Assembly (NCBI RefSeq): GCF_009914755.1
Contig: NC_060947.1
Length of the DNA: 64,000 nucleotides
Reading direction: 5' to 3' (one strand)
Source: the human T2T-CHM13v2.0 reference genome, Homo sapiens
Below, one piece after another: positions 1-15,762 of the stretch (its first letter is position 1; every line of letters begins with the position of its first letter). Made by a program: the position numbers and the translations under genes. The notes beneath the pieces were generated by a model, which worked only from the letters and a program-made list of their open reading frames with translations, was not told the DNA's origin and did no database searches.

Positions 1-303
1 ACCAGTTCTACATTCAATGCTGTCAGAAGCATTTGCTTCGAGAAAATGCAGACTGTGAACTTAGAACTTGAATCCCCATATCTGCTTCTTACTAGAGTCA
101 TTTATTGCAAAGTTTACGAAAACTCTGACTCACCTTTTTAAAGGATTAAATGAGGTCAGAAACAATGAAACATAGCTCAGAGAAGTGGCTAATGGATAAC
201 ACATACTCTTTAAATGTGAGTTATTATTATTCCTGTTTTTCTTAACTCAATAAATGGAGCTATTGTCCTAACTATAAACACCTTTGGTTAGTCAACCCAT
301 TCA

Positions 304-461
<158 letters not shown>

Positions 462-774
462 CTTATGTAAGCACATTAATAGAATGGCAACTTTTAACTT
501 TCTGTGTACAGAGGTTAATATCAGTACAAAAAAAAAGGAGCAGGTAGTTTTCAGAGTGACAGCATCATTAGAGGGATCATTGGAGGAAAGACGGCCACCT
601 TATAAAGTTCAAAGGCATAGGAACCTAAAGCTGCCCCTTCTGTCTTTCTTTTAAGTAAGGTCCAAAGGTAAAAAGGAGATTCAATCTAGAAACAAAAGAA
701 CATGACAAAGCCTATCCCTAAGTTATTCAGTCTTGCAGAGATTTCAGTTCTAGAGAATAGAAAGAGGACTTATA

Positions 775-889
775 CCCAGGAGGCGGATCTTGCAGTGAGC
801 CGAGATTGCACCACTGCATTCCAGCCTGGGCGACAGAGCTAGACTCCGTCTCAAAAAAAAAAAAAAAAAAGAAAGAAAGAAAGAAAGAA
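775..889 (+). mobile_element. 5'-truncated young Alu with A/(GAAA)n tail
   Basis: Alu right-arm end with 16-bp TSD agaaagaggacttata at 759-774 and 890-905. Confidence 0.9.
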
Positions 890-962
890 AGAAAGAGGAC
901 TTATATCCCAATTCATTTCATGAAGCTAGTGTAACCTAGATACCAAAGGCCAACAAAGAGAA

Positions 963-1329
963 TACAGATGGCCCCAACTTATGATGCTTCCACTTAAAAT
1001 TATTTGGCTTTATGATGGCAGATAAAAGAAATGTGTTCAGTGGAAACACTACTTCGAATAGCCATATAACCATTATATTTTTCACTTCCAGGACAGTATT
1101 CAATAAATTACATGAGATATTCCAAGTTATGATAAAATAGACTTTGTGTTAGATGATTTTGCACAACCGTAGGCTAATGTAAGCATGCTGGGCACGTTTA
1201 AGGGAGCCTAAGCTAAGCTATGATGTTTGCTAAGTTAGGTGTACTGAATGCATTTTCAACTTACAAAATTTTCAATATATGATCGATTTATTAGGACATA
1301 ATTCTATGATAACTTGAGGAGCATCTCTA

Positions 1330-1330
<1 letters not shown>
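963..1330 (-). mobile_element. Tigger4-like (TcMar) DNA transposon
   Basis: TA flanks with cagatg/catct termini; the internal sequence resembles the Tigger4b consensus as I recall it. Confidence 0.75.
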
Positions 1331-3935
<2,605 letters not shown>

Positions 3936-4204
3936 AACAAAAAATTTCCAGTGCCTAGTACGCATAAGAGAAGGATGGCCACAATTACTGGTTCTAATCA
4001 GCATTGTATTGGGTGAGTCCGTCTGATGTTGTGAAATAGGAAAAAGGAAAAAGTACAGTGTTTGAAATGTCAGAAACAAGCTGTTGTTATTCAAAGACGA
4101 TATGATTGTGTATGTTGAAAATCCGAAAGGATCTAGAGATAAATTTGGAATGAGGATATTTAGCAAGTTTACTGCATAGAAAAACAATATACAAACATGA
4201 TACC

Positions 4205-5016
4205 TGTTGGTTGAATGGAAGAAAAAAGTGTTTTCTCTGTTCTTGCCCTACTACCAGTAACATCAAAGACTTCTGTGACCAAATATGTGGGGGCTTTTCT
4301 CAACACACCAAGCAAGCAATCAGTTTTGCAGCATACGCGAGCTGGGTATCCTCCCATTCAACTCCAATAGGATCTACCTGGAGATAGCATCAGATTGCAC
4401 AGATTGAGGGCTCAGTCCCACAAGAGGACCCTGCCAATTGCTTCAAGCCCTAGGTTGTTTTACTGTGTTTCTGACACACCAGCTATAAATTGAATTTCCC
4501 ATGACTCCTACTCGAGTTCAATTAATTTACTAAAGCATCTCACGACTCAGTGAAACATATACATTTATGGGTTGATTTAAACAGGATATTAGAAAGGATC
4601 CAGTTAAAGAGATGCATAGGGTAAGGAATGAGTTAAGGGGCAGGGAGCATCCATGCCCTCTGTGGAAATGCTATCCTCCATGTGTGCAGCTATCCAGAAG
4701 CTCTCTGAACCCTGTCCTTTTCGGTTTTCATGGAGGTTTCCATTATGCAGGTGTGATCGATTAAACCACTGGCTGGCCACTGGTGATCAACTTAACCTTC
4801 AACTCTTCTCCCTTCCCTGAAGGTTTGGGGTGGGGCTGAAAGTCCCAGCCCACTAATCCCCCATCCCAAAGCTACCTAGGGGCTGCTAGGCATCAGTCCA
4901 ACTCATTAGCATACAAAAAGACATCACTTTGTGGAGATTCTAAAAATATTAAGAGTTGTATGCCAGTATACAGGGTAGAGGACCAAATATATATTTATAT
5001 ATTTCATAATATCACA
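4205..5016 (-). mobile_element. MER21-type LTR
   Basis: tg...ca termini (tgttgg / aatatcaca) and MER21-like blocks (cttctgtgaccaaat, gggctgaaagtccca). Confidence 0.7.
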
Positions 5017-5069
5017 AGTGTGTGTACCAGTGTAATCAGAATAGAAAATTTCAAAAATGATACTTTTCC

Positions 5070-5378
5070 TTTTCTTTTTTTAAACAGAGTCTCACTCTGT
5101 CACCCAGGCTGGAGTTGCAGTGGCCTGAACATAACTACCTACATCCTCGACCTCCTGAGTTCAAGGGATCCTCTCAACATAGCCTCAGGAGTAGCTGGGA
5201 CTAAGGCTACATATATACATGCATACATTCATGCATTCATGCAGTCATTCATTTATTTTGCAGTGAGGGGGTCTCACTATGTTGCCCAAGCTGGTGTCAG
5301 TTTCCTGAGCTCAAGAAATCCTCCTGTCTCCGCATCCCAAAGTGCTGGGATTACAGGCTTGAGCCACCACACCTGGCC
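5070..5378 (-). mobile_element. Old Alu (AluJ-like)
   Basis: Diverged antisense dimer ending caaagtgctgggattacagg..cctggcc. Confidence 0.85.
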
Positions 5379-5458
5379 ACCATTTTCAATAGTACCAAAT
5401 ATTTGGGAATAAAATGAACAAAAAATGTGCAAGACTTCTTTGGAGAAAGCTGCAAAAG

Positions 5459-5464
5459 TTTATT
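5459..5464 (-). terminator. XAGE3: XAGE3 polyadenylation signal AATAAA
   Basis: tttatt on the + strand, 65 nt downstream of the stop codon. Confidence 0.8.
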
Positions 5465-5528
5465 TCGATATTTTTAAGTCAAATATCTTAGATAAAAACA
5501 GTTTTGTGTTGTTTCAGCTTGTCTTCAT

Positions 5529-5551
5529 TTAAACCTGTGGTTGCCTGTCAC
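5529..5551 (-). CDS. XAGE3: XAGE3 last coding exon (GDRQPQV*)
   Basis: Acceptor ttatag, TAA at 5531-5529. The four exons sum to 81+106+126+23 = 336 nt, i.e. 111 aa plus stop. Confidence 0.92.
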
Positions 5552-7685
5552 CTATAATAGAAATATAACAGGAGGGAACATTAGTAGCAGAACTGTATTC
5601 AGATGACATTAAAGGTAGGCAAAGGACACCAAAGTTTTGGTTTTATACCGTGGATTAAACCAGAAGCCTAAGAGTAACCTGATGGCTAACATTCAGTTAG
5701 ACCTCTGTAGAGACTTTGAAGATAGGCTTCCAAGTATATACATTAGCAACATTTTTAAAACATCCTGCCTTCTGTAGTTCAAGGAAACCAAAAACTGTCT
5801 AACTTCAGAGCACTTTAAATCAAGTGAACCTATTAAAAGGTGGCTCAAAGTGAAAAGCAAACATTGTGTATTGTTTTAATAAAAATATGACCAACACACA
5901 ACAAACCTAAGAAACAAAAGGAATTTACAAACAATGTATCATGTAATGCAATGTTTTGCCTTGAAATAATAGTCTGGATGTTCAACAAGCTCCTGGGAAA
6001 CAATTTATGTCACATTAGGGACTGCAAAAGTGCAGTGAATTGAAAGGTCAGTACTGCATTTGTTTTTTCTCTTTGCACAGAAGTCCAAAAATATTGCTTG
6101 GGGCTAGTTCATCCTTCTGTGGTCTTTAAGGTACGGTAACCATTTGTCCAAGATTTTCACCTATCATCCTGATGTCAATATGAAGAGTCCCTCTTTTTAC
6201 ACTTGAAAGTATTCCCATTGGTAAAATAAATTACATGGTCACATTTGGTTTAATCTATCACTATTATTTTTGACATCAAAATGAGAAAGAGGCATATATC
6301 ATGAATAGTCGGGCAAAAAAAGAAATGGAGGGAGAGGAAAATAGAAAAGGACAGTAAGACATCTGGAAAAGCCAAATAATTGTTTCTAAAAGTTAAGTGT
6401 TTTTGAGGGATAAGTGGGAACTTTCAGAAGTTTTCCCACACTCTTTGTGATGCTTAGATGTTCAGGTATTACTGGAATAAATTAACTAATGTATGTGTTC
6501 CTAGCATATCAATCATTTCATTCATACTTCGAAAATACTAGAGTTCAAGAATGTATTCACTTTCGATTATACCATATATTCAGTATCTGTTAGGGTCTTG
6601 TTCATATTCCATGTTGAGCTTTTTCCATTTTCTTCAAGAGTGTGTAAACTATTACTCTATTCATAGCTATTTTTCAAAAGAACAATCTTTTAAATGTATT
6701 ACTTTTGGATTACATTTCCTTTTACTAATGACTCATATCTGTCTCTTATTAAGGACCTCTTTCCTTTTCCCTTAGATTTATTCTATTGCTCTTTATAATT
6801 TTCATTAATATTTTCCTTTCTCGTGTAATTTTCTATCTATTTTAACAAGATACTCACTTAAGACTATCTTCCTAAGAATACAATTGAGGATTGCTCAATG
6901 GGCTCCTGGAAATAATTGAAAACTATCTTTCATGTAAATAGTCTAATGGAATGGTTCAGCAGTATAGAGTAAAACCATTTAGGCAATTTCTTCCATAAAC
7001 ATGGAATGCTTCCTATAAATTCAGAAGCTCTTCTGATTAACAGTCATCAATTTGGAAAATATGTGGAAAAGATACTTTCATGAAGCAAGTTGCCCACTCA
7101 TTTTCTTAGGAACCATGAAATCTCAACTCAGATATTATAACTGGAGCGAAACTGATTGTTATGAAAAACAAATCATATCTTTGTATTCTATCCAACAGAA
7201 CATGAGGATACAGAAATCAATTTTGAAACAGATGTTAATACATCTGATATGCATTTACTATTTTCAATAACAGCAAAAGATGGTTGTAGAATTTATGGAA
7301 TTCATCCAGAATCTCACAAATAATGTTAGAGCTGTTATTAGAATCTGCTTAAGGTGCTCAGGATATTTCACACAAAGTGGTATTACAAATGCATTATGTA
7401 TTTGTTAAAAGCAGAAATTGAAAAATATCTGAAAATTGTTAGTTGTTGGGTATAATCAGAAGTAAGAATATGCTTTCATATTTGATGATTCAATGTGGGT
7501 TTGACCCAATTTGTGTCTGTAGCTGATAGTGTTTAAGTCTTACAGTCAGGCAATTGGGGTCTGAACAACCTTTCAAAAAAAGTCTGCATTTGAACTCTGA
7601 TTTTAAAGGGATAGTAATGTTCTCTTTTATTATCAAAAGTATAATATTGTGGAAAACAGAAAGCACATAATAATGGATAGCATAC

Positions 7686-7811
7686 CTCCTTCTGGCATTT
7701 TAAATTGTTCTGATTTTGGCAGAATCTTCCCCTGGTCATCAGGACCATTTCCACATTCACCCCCAGTCTTTGACTGAGACAGCTCCTGGAGATCAGCTTC
7801 CAGGTCAGGCA
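7686..7811 (-). CDS. XAGE3: XAGE3 coding exon 3 (VPDLEADLQELSQSKTGGECGNGPDDQGKILPKSEQFKMPEG)
   Basis: 126-nt exon with tttttag acceptor and gtatg donor. The peptide is visible inside ORF 7633..7992(-). Confidence 0.94.
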
Positions 7812-9343
7812 CTAAAAAATACAAAGGTTGTCGATTGAAGCAGGCAAACAAGAAAGATAAAGAAGGAAATGATAATATTCTTTTCCTCAATGTTATGAAA
7901 TAAAAGGCTGCAGGCGACTGTGGTAATAAATGTGATGCAAAGATGTCCCACCTTTGTTTTCCTGTACTATGAAATCTTATCTTAAATGACAATCTGAGGA
8001 AAAATCAGACCACACTTACATTTCCTATACTTTACCATTGTGTACTATAAACAGTGAGTGTCAGCTATCTAGGAAACCTAAAGACTGCCCAATGGATAGC
8101 ATTTTAATAATAACTTAAATGTAATTTTCTGAAAGATTAGATGAATATATTGGTGAGCCTATGACAAATCTTACAGTCCTGACACTCATCACCTGTTGAG
8201 GTAACTTGAAAATTTTTTGGTTAAAATTAAACAAACTTAGGTCCAAAGGCCCTATATGTAACTTTCCATAAATGAATCCCATTCACAAAAAAATACCGAA
8301 TATAACAGCAAAATCGCTGTCTTCCACAAGAGTACAGAAACTTGAGTGAAAAAAAAATTAATGGGCATTGTTGACAGTCATATTCTGGAAACCCCTTAAC
8401 AGTGAATTGCTAAAGTAACCCATGACCCAAATTCTGTCAATGTTTAACTTCAAAATGCTCTCTGTTGAGGAAATAATTTCTGTTTCATGATAATCTTATC
8501 GTACTTCGAGTTTTCTAATTATAAAAGTATATAAACAACTCTTTAAAAGCCCCTTAAAATCATACTAATATAGCTACCTGTATGCCAATGTCCTGAATTA
8601 TCCAGATTTTACCAAACATACTTTCAAAAATACAAAGCAAAGGAAAGAGTGGCTGTCATTCATTGAGCTCTTTTCTGGCGTTGCTATCCTGCTTCACTGA
8701 ACTTTGTTTTGTCCTGAGCCAATACTGAAGTACTTACAGTACAGACACATTTGAGTATTAACATTTCAAGCAAAATCATTCACGTTTTCTAATGTGAATG
8801 GTAGGGAGAACACAAACCTTGGAATGAAATATGAATTCCTTCTCCATGACTCAACTGTTCTTGGTAAGCCTCCATTTCAGAGCCTCAGTTTTCTTATTTA
8901 TAAAATGGGGCTAACATCCTTATGCAAATGGGCTTTATTCAGTGTATTCAGGTAGGGTGACTTGGCATTCTACATGCTATTAAAGGGTGCATACAATACT
9001 GTGGACACCTTGGCTGAGAAGATCAGACAACAACATTCTAAGAAGATCAAAGTAAACTAGTGAAATAATGTATATTTTTGTACATCAAATTAAACAGTTT
9101 CATCTGATTTAGCAAGGACTGTATTTTCAAGCATACGAAATATATTTCAAAGGTAAGAGAAGATTCATTATATCCATGAAGCTGCAAACTATACTCTTCA
9201 CTTTTCCAGCCAACTCTCAGCAAATGTTTGAGATCCTTTCCTAATGTTTTCTTTCCTCCTGTTACTGGTCATGGCATAAGGCATGATGCACACATAGGCC
9301 TCCTCCCCTCCCCATAGACATTCTTTCTTTCCCTTCCCAGCAC

Positions 9344-9449
9344 CTTGAGTCTCAGCTGCACCCTGATCTTCTTCTCTCTCCTGACCAGGTGCAGGATCCC
9401 GACTTTCAGTTGGTGGTTCCTCTTGCTGAGGCTCCTCATCACCGGGCTC
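9344..9449 (-). CDS. XAGE3: XAGE3 coding exon 2 (EPGDEEPQQEEPPTESRDPAPGQEREEDQGAAETQ)
   Basis: 106-nt exon with AG/GT ends. It continues the frame and has the acidic GAGE-type sequence. Confidence 0.93.
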
Positions 9450-9461
9450 CTGGAACCAGGG

Positions 9462-9487
9462 GTGTGTGTGTGTGTGTGTGTGTGTGC
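9462..9487. repeat. (TG)n microsatellite beside the XAGE3 splice acceptor
   Basis: Direct reading. Confidence 0.95.
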
Positions 9488-9963
9488 AGATAAAAAGTTT
9501 TGTTATCGATACATTTCAATAATACAAATATACAGAATACATAGATATTTCTGATCATAAGTCTAAAGACATTTCTCCAACACGATTCCACATACTTATT
9601 TTTCATAAAGTTACTCTTCCCACAGAGAGGTTACTCTAAGACAGTTGCCCTCAAGGGCTTTGGAAGCTGTTTTAATCTAAGCTGGGATGAATGTGTGTAA
9701 TCTTTTGCAAATAAGCATGAGAAGGAAAACATGGGCAAAATCTGGGGAACACAAGATCATCCATCCAGACAACAGAAGAACTTAATCCTCTTGGACTAGT
9801 CTTTCCTTCATGAGATGCCATGATTATTTTTCTCAGCATGGGAGACCTTTATTGGTATATCTATACTGGTTCAACAACAATTACAAAACATAGTTTTGCA
9901 ACAACAACAAGTTACAAAAATAACTTTCTGCTAATAGAAAACATCAAAGGTTAAGGCACTCAC

Positions 9964-10044
9964 CAGCATAGGCCCAATCAGCTCAGGAGGTGGTACACTT
10001 CTCCTCGGCCTAGGCCTATATGTTGATCTTCCTCGCCAAATCAT
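9964..10044 (-). CDS. XAGE3: XAGE3 first coding exon ([27 protein letters not shown]); exon spans 9964-10052
   Basis: Manual translation of the - strand. ATG at 10044, acceptor ttgcag at 10053, donor gtgagt after 9964. The N-terminus matches the GAGE/XAGE family. Confidence 0.93.
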
Positions 10045-10549
10045 ATTTCACACTGCAAACAGAATACTGTGAATTGGTAAATGCACTTGAAAAGACAGCT
10101 ATATTTGACCACTTCCATGACCAAATATTAACTTGTCATTTTTTAAAAGTTTGTAAATACTTTCGAACTAAGTCTCAGGGCAAGTGTAAGTATGTGTGCC
10201 TTCTGAATGCTTGGGAAGCCATTAAGTTGGTCAAGCTAGCTGAGCAATTTCTTAAGACTCCTGGCAAAAGACAGGATATTTCCGATGAGGTTTGGTTTCA
10301 CAACTGAACTCTCCTCCGTGGAGACATTTGGGAAAATACAGCCAGAGAATTAAAACTGCAGTGACCACGGCTTTTGTCACACACCCATTTGCTGGGCCCA
10401 TTTCCCCCCTAAAATCAAGTTTTGTTGGAATGCAGAGCCCCGCCCATTCAAACCTCCACAGTGGAGTTGAGAAGTTGCCACACAGCTCTGGGCCCTCCTC
10501 ACTGTACACCTCTGCCAGGCGCTTTACAGACCTCAGGGCCACAGTCACC

Positions 10550-11520
10550 AACCCGCAGCGTTCCCAGTTCCCTTCCTTAATGCCCACCCTGCTCCTTCCC
10601 GGGTCGACACGGAGGAGTCTGGAATCCGTCCTCGGTCGAGGGTTCCAGGGACTCGGATACCTGCCCCAGCACCCCCAGCACTCGCCCCATTTTCACCTGA
10701 CCCCTCTCAACTACGCGGCCCACCTTCTTCCCTCATTCTGACTTCACCACAACAAGGCCCATGGCAGTGCCACCTCACGAGGAGAAGGACGATCACCTTG
10801 AGACCCTTCGGCCTCTGAGGCCACGGGCCATGCTTTCCCACGCTCCGGACAGCCACTGGCTCCTCCTCACACGCACTCACACTTCAACCCTTGGGAGGAC
10901 TGGCCTGCGGACCTACCAGCTGCGTCTCAGTGGGACAGAAAAAGTCCAGACAGCAGGAACGCGACCCTCACACCCTCACAACTCCAGGGCATTCACCACG
11001 TGGGAAAAGGGGCCGAGGGGAAGACACCCAGTGGACATGCGCAGTGAGGTCGGTGCCTGCCTAGTGGGCTGTGGCGCCTCTCCTAGCCCCACCCCATGCC
11101 GCGCCGCGCAGTTCTCTACCCTCTCCCAGGTTCCCACTGAAGACTTCGGAATGTGTCTTCTGTGGGCGGTTTCATATGCCTCCGGGACTCAAATACCACA
11201 AATAGTTTCCCCCTTCAAAACTCACTCCATGTTCACTAGGTCCTCCTCCCCTCTATGGCCCTCCTTCCTCCCCTGTCTGGGACCCGCACGACAGCAAGGC
11301 CATGGCTGTGTCACCACCTGTTAGGAGAAGGACAGGAACCTCAAGGACCTCCCCGTCGGAGGCCATAGACCGCGCCGCGGGCTCCTCCTCACAGTCTCTC
11401 CCACTTCAACTCTGGGAAGACTGATCTTCGGACTTACTGGCTGACTCCTAGTCAGCAACACAGAAGGAAGTCATAATGTCTCCTTGCACAGCTCTGCAGG
11501 GACAGAAGGCGGACAGCAAG
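10550..11520 (-). promoter_or_regulatory. XAGE3: XAGE3 CpG-enriched 5' region with two candidate non-coding first exons (donors after 10917 and 11438)
   Basis: CpG density rises here. The - strand donors CTG|gtaggt and CCA|gtaagt lie at homologous positions of a ~540-bp tandem duplication. Confidence 0.7.
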
Positions 11521-12692
11521 GCACATGGACAAGGGACTTGGGCAGCAAGGGACGTGCACACTGAGTCAGGCACATGCAAGGCCACCCGGGGTTTTCCCTC
11601 TCTCCCCAGGCTCGCATCCCTAAGGTGTTTGTAGTAGAAGGAAAGGGACTAAGAGGCTTCGTTCTCTCTCTTGCCCTACCATTCTCATGCATCCAGAAAC
11701 ACTGGGGACAGTCCCATGTCACCATGAGTGGAGGATGTGTCTCAGACCTTTTGTGACAGAAATAAATTATTTTATTATATATATTCATACATACTTCTTT
11801 CTCATTTATATATGCATGGGTGTCTGCCATGTTGCAGGAAATATCTGGGATGCTGGAAATGTGAAGACCAAGGAACCACACGTGGTATGTCCCATGGAGG
11901 CTACCACACTGTGGTGGGGCAGACAGACAGTTAAACAGAAGAGCAGTTGAACTGCAAAGGAGAAACACGGGGAACGGACCCAGGGGAGTAAAGAACAATG
12001 AATGTCGTGGCCAAGAAGCAAGGGAGAAAACAACACAATTTCTCAAGAAGATAATATTTCTCCATTGCCTTTGCACCTTTTTTGAAAATGAGTTTTATCA
12101 TGTCTGTGAACCTATTGCTGGACTCCATTCTGATCTGTTGATTTTTCCCCAGTACCACATTCCCTGGATTACTATAGAATTAACATGACTCTTGAAATTA
12201 GGTAGTGTGATTTCCCCAAAGTTATAGTTCAGAATCGTTTTGGTTTTTCTCGTTCATTTTCCTTTCCATATAATTTTGAAAAAATGACTCCAATGAAGTG
12301 GGTTGTATAAGTTCATGCAGTTTCGCTTTGAAAGGCAGCAGATAAATGTGTTAGTAGCTATAGGAGGACATGGGGGAAGAAGGGGAGTTCCCCCCTTAGC
12401 TTGGAGAATGATCCCATTTAGAGGGAAGAGTTGGTGGTTCAGGAGAGAGGAATGATCATTGCAGGAGCAAAGCTCCTGAAAAGGTGGGAGGCATGGGATC
12501 CTGAGCTGAGGTGAGGGGCTGGCTTTAGTTAGGAGCATTGTATGCAGAAGGGCGGCAGAGAATGCCAGGGCAAGCACAGGTAGACTGGGTTTTAGAAGCT
12601 CTAAGAGTTCCCAGCAGATCGCTTCTCTCCTCTGAATGAATCATTATGGGAGGTCATTCAAATGGAGGAGAGTTTCTAGCATTGTGTGGGTG

Positions 12693-14000
12693 TTTATATA
12701 ACTATAGAGAAAGTTTCTGTCATCTTAGAGAATACATCAATCATCATGAACAGAATATTCCTAGAAATATGAATGTTGAAGGTGAGCTCTCAGACAGGAA
12801 TGGGGAACACGGTGTTGGAAACATGTGGACACACAATCCCTGTAAGAAAGTAGCAGAGAATTTGGCTAGAATGCATTCTCTTAGATGCAGAGTAGAACTT
12901 GTAAGTGATGAAATTGTATATGTAGCTAAGAACATTTCTAAGCAAAGTATTGAAGTTGTGGCCTGGTTTCTCCTCGCTGCTGGTTGCAAAATGTAAGGGA
13001 GGAGAAATAAAACAACAACAGAATTGCTGAGCAAAAAGGAATCAGCCCTTGATTATTTAGAAGATTCTCAGCCTAACCAGATAGCAAGCTCTGGAAATAG
13101 GGCCAAGGGTGTAGCGGGACAACTGATTGCTAAGGATATGAGCTATGTGAGTCATGGATCCAGTCAACCATCTCAGCAGAATGCAGGGAAGGAGATGCAT
13201 TTATCCAGGAAAGATCTAGGGAGGATTCAGGGTCTGTTGGCATGGATGCCATGAATTGCGTCAGAGGCCAACATGTTTTTGAGGATTTTATACCAAAAGA
13301 AGCACAGCCAGCCTGAAATGAAAGGGACAGAAATGGGACAAAATAAAGGAAGAGTGACTTTGAGGGGAGAGCTACAGATGCAGAGGCTGGCAAGCTGCCA
13401 CTGCCTCTATAGGCCCAGACAGCAATGACCTGGGGAACAGGAATCCAGACGCCTCTTCCTGAGCTCCAGATGGCAGAGCCACCTCCTCAATTTCAGAAAA
13501 CAGGGCTTCTGCCCAGGGGTGAGGGAGCAGGGCTAACATTCAGGGCCAAGAGGGCAGAGCTGCCACCCTACTAGGCCCAGAGGACACATCATCAAGCCAA
13601 AGAGGACCATTCTGAAGCCTTAAAATCTCTTAAAGTCTGAAACCTTGCTTGGACCCCATGACTCCTTTTCTCCTTCCATCTTCTCCATTTTGGAATAGGA
13701 ATGTTTCTACTATGCCTGCACCTTCATGCTGTTTTGGAAGCAGATAACATCTTGTCTGGTTTCACAAGTTCACAGATGAAAATAATTTTGCCCCAGAATA
13801 CAACATACTCTGACTCTCACCCTTTCCTGATTTTGATGACATTTGAATGAGATTTGGGATTTAGAGTTGATGCTGAAAAGAATTAAGAGTTTTGAGGATG
13901 TTGAGATGAGATGAATGTATTTTAGATGTGAGAGAACATGAATTTGAGGTGCCAGATGGTGGACTTTTACATATTAAATCATGTCCCCTTCAGAAATTTA
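12693..14000 (+). mobile_element. MaLR (MLT1-like) internal fragment plus start of LTR
   Basis: MaLR-int blocks (ggtgagctctcagacaggaatgggg; ttggaataggaatgttt; gagttgatgctgaaa). Confidence 0.7.
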
Positions 14001-14002
14001 TG

Positions 14003-15066
14003 CAGGCATAAATCATAGATATTGCATGTACTGTTCCAGAACACCACAATAAAGCAAGTCTCACACATTTTTTTATTTCCTAGTGCATATAAGAGTGATG
14101 TTTATAGTATGTTCTCACTCATAAGTGGGAACTAAGCTATGTGGATGCAAAGGCATAAGAATGATACAATGGACTTTGAGGACTCAGGGGAAAGGGTGGG
14201 AGGGGGGTGAGGGATGAAAGACTACAAATTGGTTTCAGTATATACTGCTCAGGTGATGGGTGCATCAAAATCTCACAGATCACCACTAAAGAACTTACTC
14301 ATGTAACCAAATACCACCTGTTCCCCCAAAAACCTATTGAAATAAAAAATTTTAAAAATGATAATAAAATAAAATAAAAGTGATGTTTATACTACACTAC
14401 AATCTGTTAACTGTGCAATAGTATTATGTCAAAAAATGTACATAACTTAATTGGAAAATACTGTATTGCTAAAAGATGCTAAAGATCATCTGAGCCTTCA
14501 GTGCGTTGTAACTTTTGGGCTGGTAGAGAGTCTTGCCTGGATGTACATGGCTGCTGACTGATCAGGGTGCTGGTTGCTGAAAGTTGGGTGGCTGTGGCAA
14601 TTTATTTTCTTTTTTTATTTACTTTTTAACAAGCTAATACTACATGGAGGGCTGTGGCAATTTCTTAAAGTAAGACAACAGTGAAATTTGCTCCATTGAT
14701 GTACTCTTCCTTTCACGAAAGATTTCTCCATAACAGGCAATGCTGCTTGATAGCATTTTACCTACAGTAGAACTCCTTTATAAATTGGAGTCAGATCTCT
14801 CAAATCCTGCCATTACCTAATCAACTCATCCTTTGCTGTCATTTCCACAGTGTTCACAGCATCTTCACCGGGAGTAGATTTCATTGCAAGAAACTACTCT
14901 CTTTATTCATCCATAAGAAGCAACTCCTTACAGGTTAAAGTTTTATCATGAGATGGCAGCAGTTGAGTCACCTCTTCACGCTCCACCCTTGTTCTCTTGC
15001 TGTTTCCACCATGTCGGCAGGTACTTCATCCACTGGAGCCATGAACCCCTCAAAACCACCCATGAG
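14003..15066 (+). mobile_element. Tigger1 fragment interrupted by an L1 3' end (~14110-14378)
   Basis: caggcata..gatattgc..gttccagaacaccacaataaagc terminus. The L1 3'UTR is flanked by an imperfect TSD (agtgatgtttata). Confidence 0.75.
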
Positions 15067-15224
15067 GGAATACACGGTCTGCTGTCGTTATGAGGAGCTT
15101 TCTTTACATGTCACTTAGATCCAATTAGTCCATGGTGCCATTCAGTTCATCTATATGTTGCTGACTTTTTTCCATTGGTTCTGTCTGATTTGATTATGCA
15201 TTTTAAAGCTTTGTAGTTGAGTTC

Positions 15225-15762
15225 TGTGCAAAAAAGAGGTAATATAGCAGGTCTGAAACTACTATCCTTAGAAAGGCCAGCTTGCAAGACTGGCCCTTGC
15301 CTGGCATCTCTGAACTTGATTTCAGGAGGTTTCCCACCATTCTCCATCTGATAAGAGTGGTTTACTCCTCCGAAACTGTTCAAGCAATATGTTCTATGCT
15401 GAACACCAGCTTCCCTTCTGGGAATCTGAAATGTTGTTGCCTGTTAGGCAGAGAGTGCCTATGTGACCAGTCCCCAGTAAAAACCTGGGGCACTGAGTTT
15501 CTAATGAGCTTCCCTGGTAGACAACATTTTACACATGTTGTCACGATTCATTGCTGGAGAGACAAATTGTGTGACTCCATTGGGAAGGGACTCTTAGAAG
15601 CTTTTGCTGGTTCCCGCCAGACTTTGCCCAGTGGACTTTCCCCATTACTGATTTAGCTCAGTATTCTTTTGCTGTAAGAAATCTTAGCCACGAGCACAAC
15701 TATACATTGGGTCCTCATAGGCAATTACTGGAAGTGAGGGTGGTCTTGAGGATCCCTGACAC
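15225..15762 (+). mobile_element. MER68-like solo LTR
   Basis: tgtgcaaaaaagaggtaatatagcaggtctga...gatccctgacaca. Confidence 0.7.

Noticed and set aside
7633-7992. 119-aa ORF as an independent gene
   Set aside because: Only 7686-7811 is coding (XAGE3 exon). The remainder is intron read-through.
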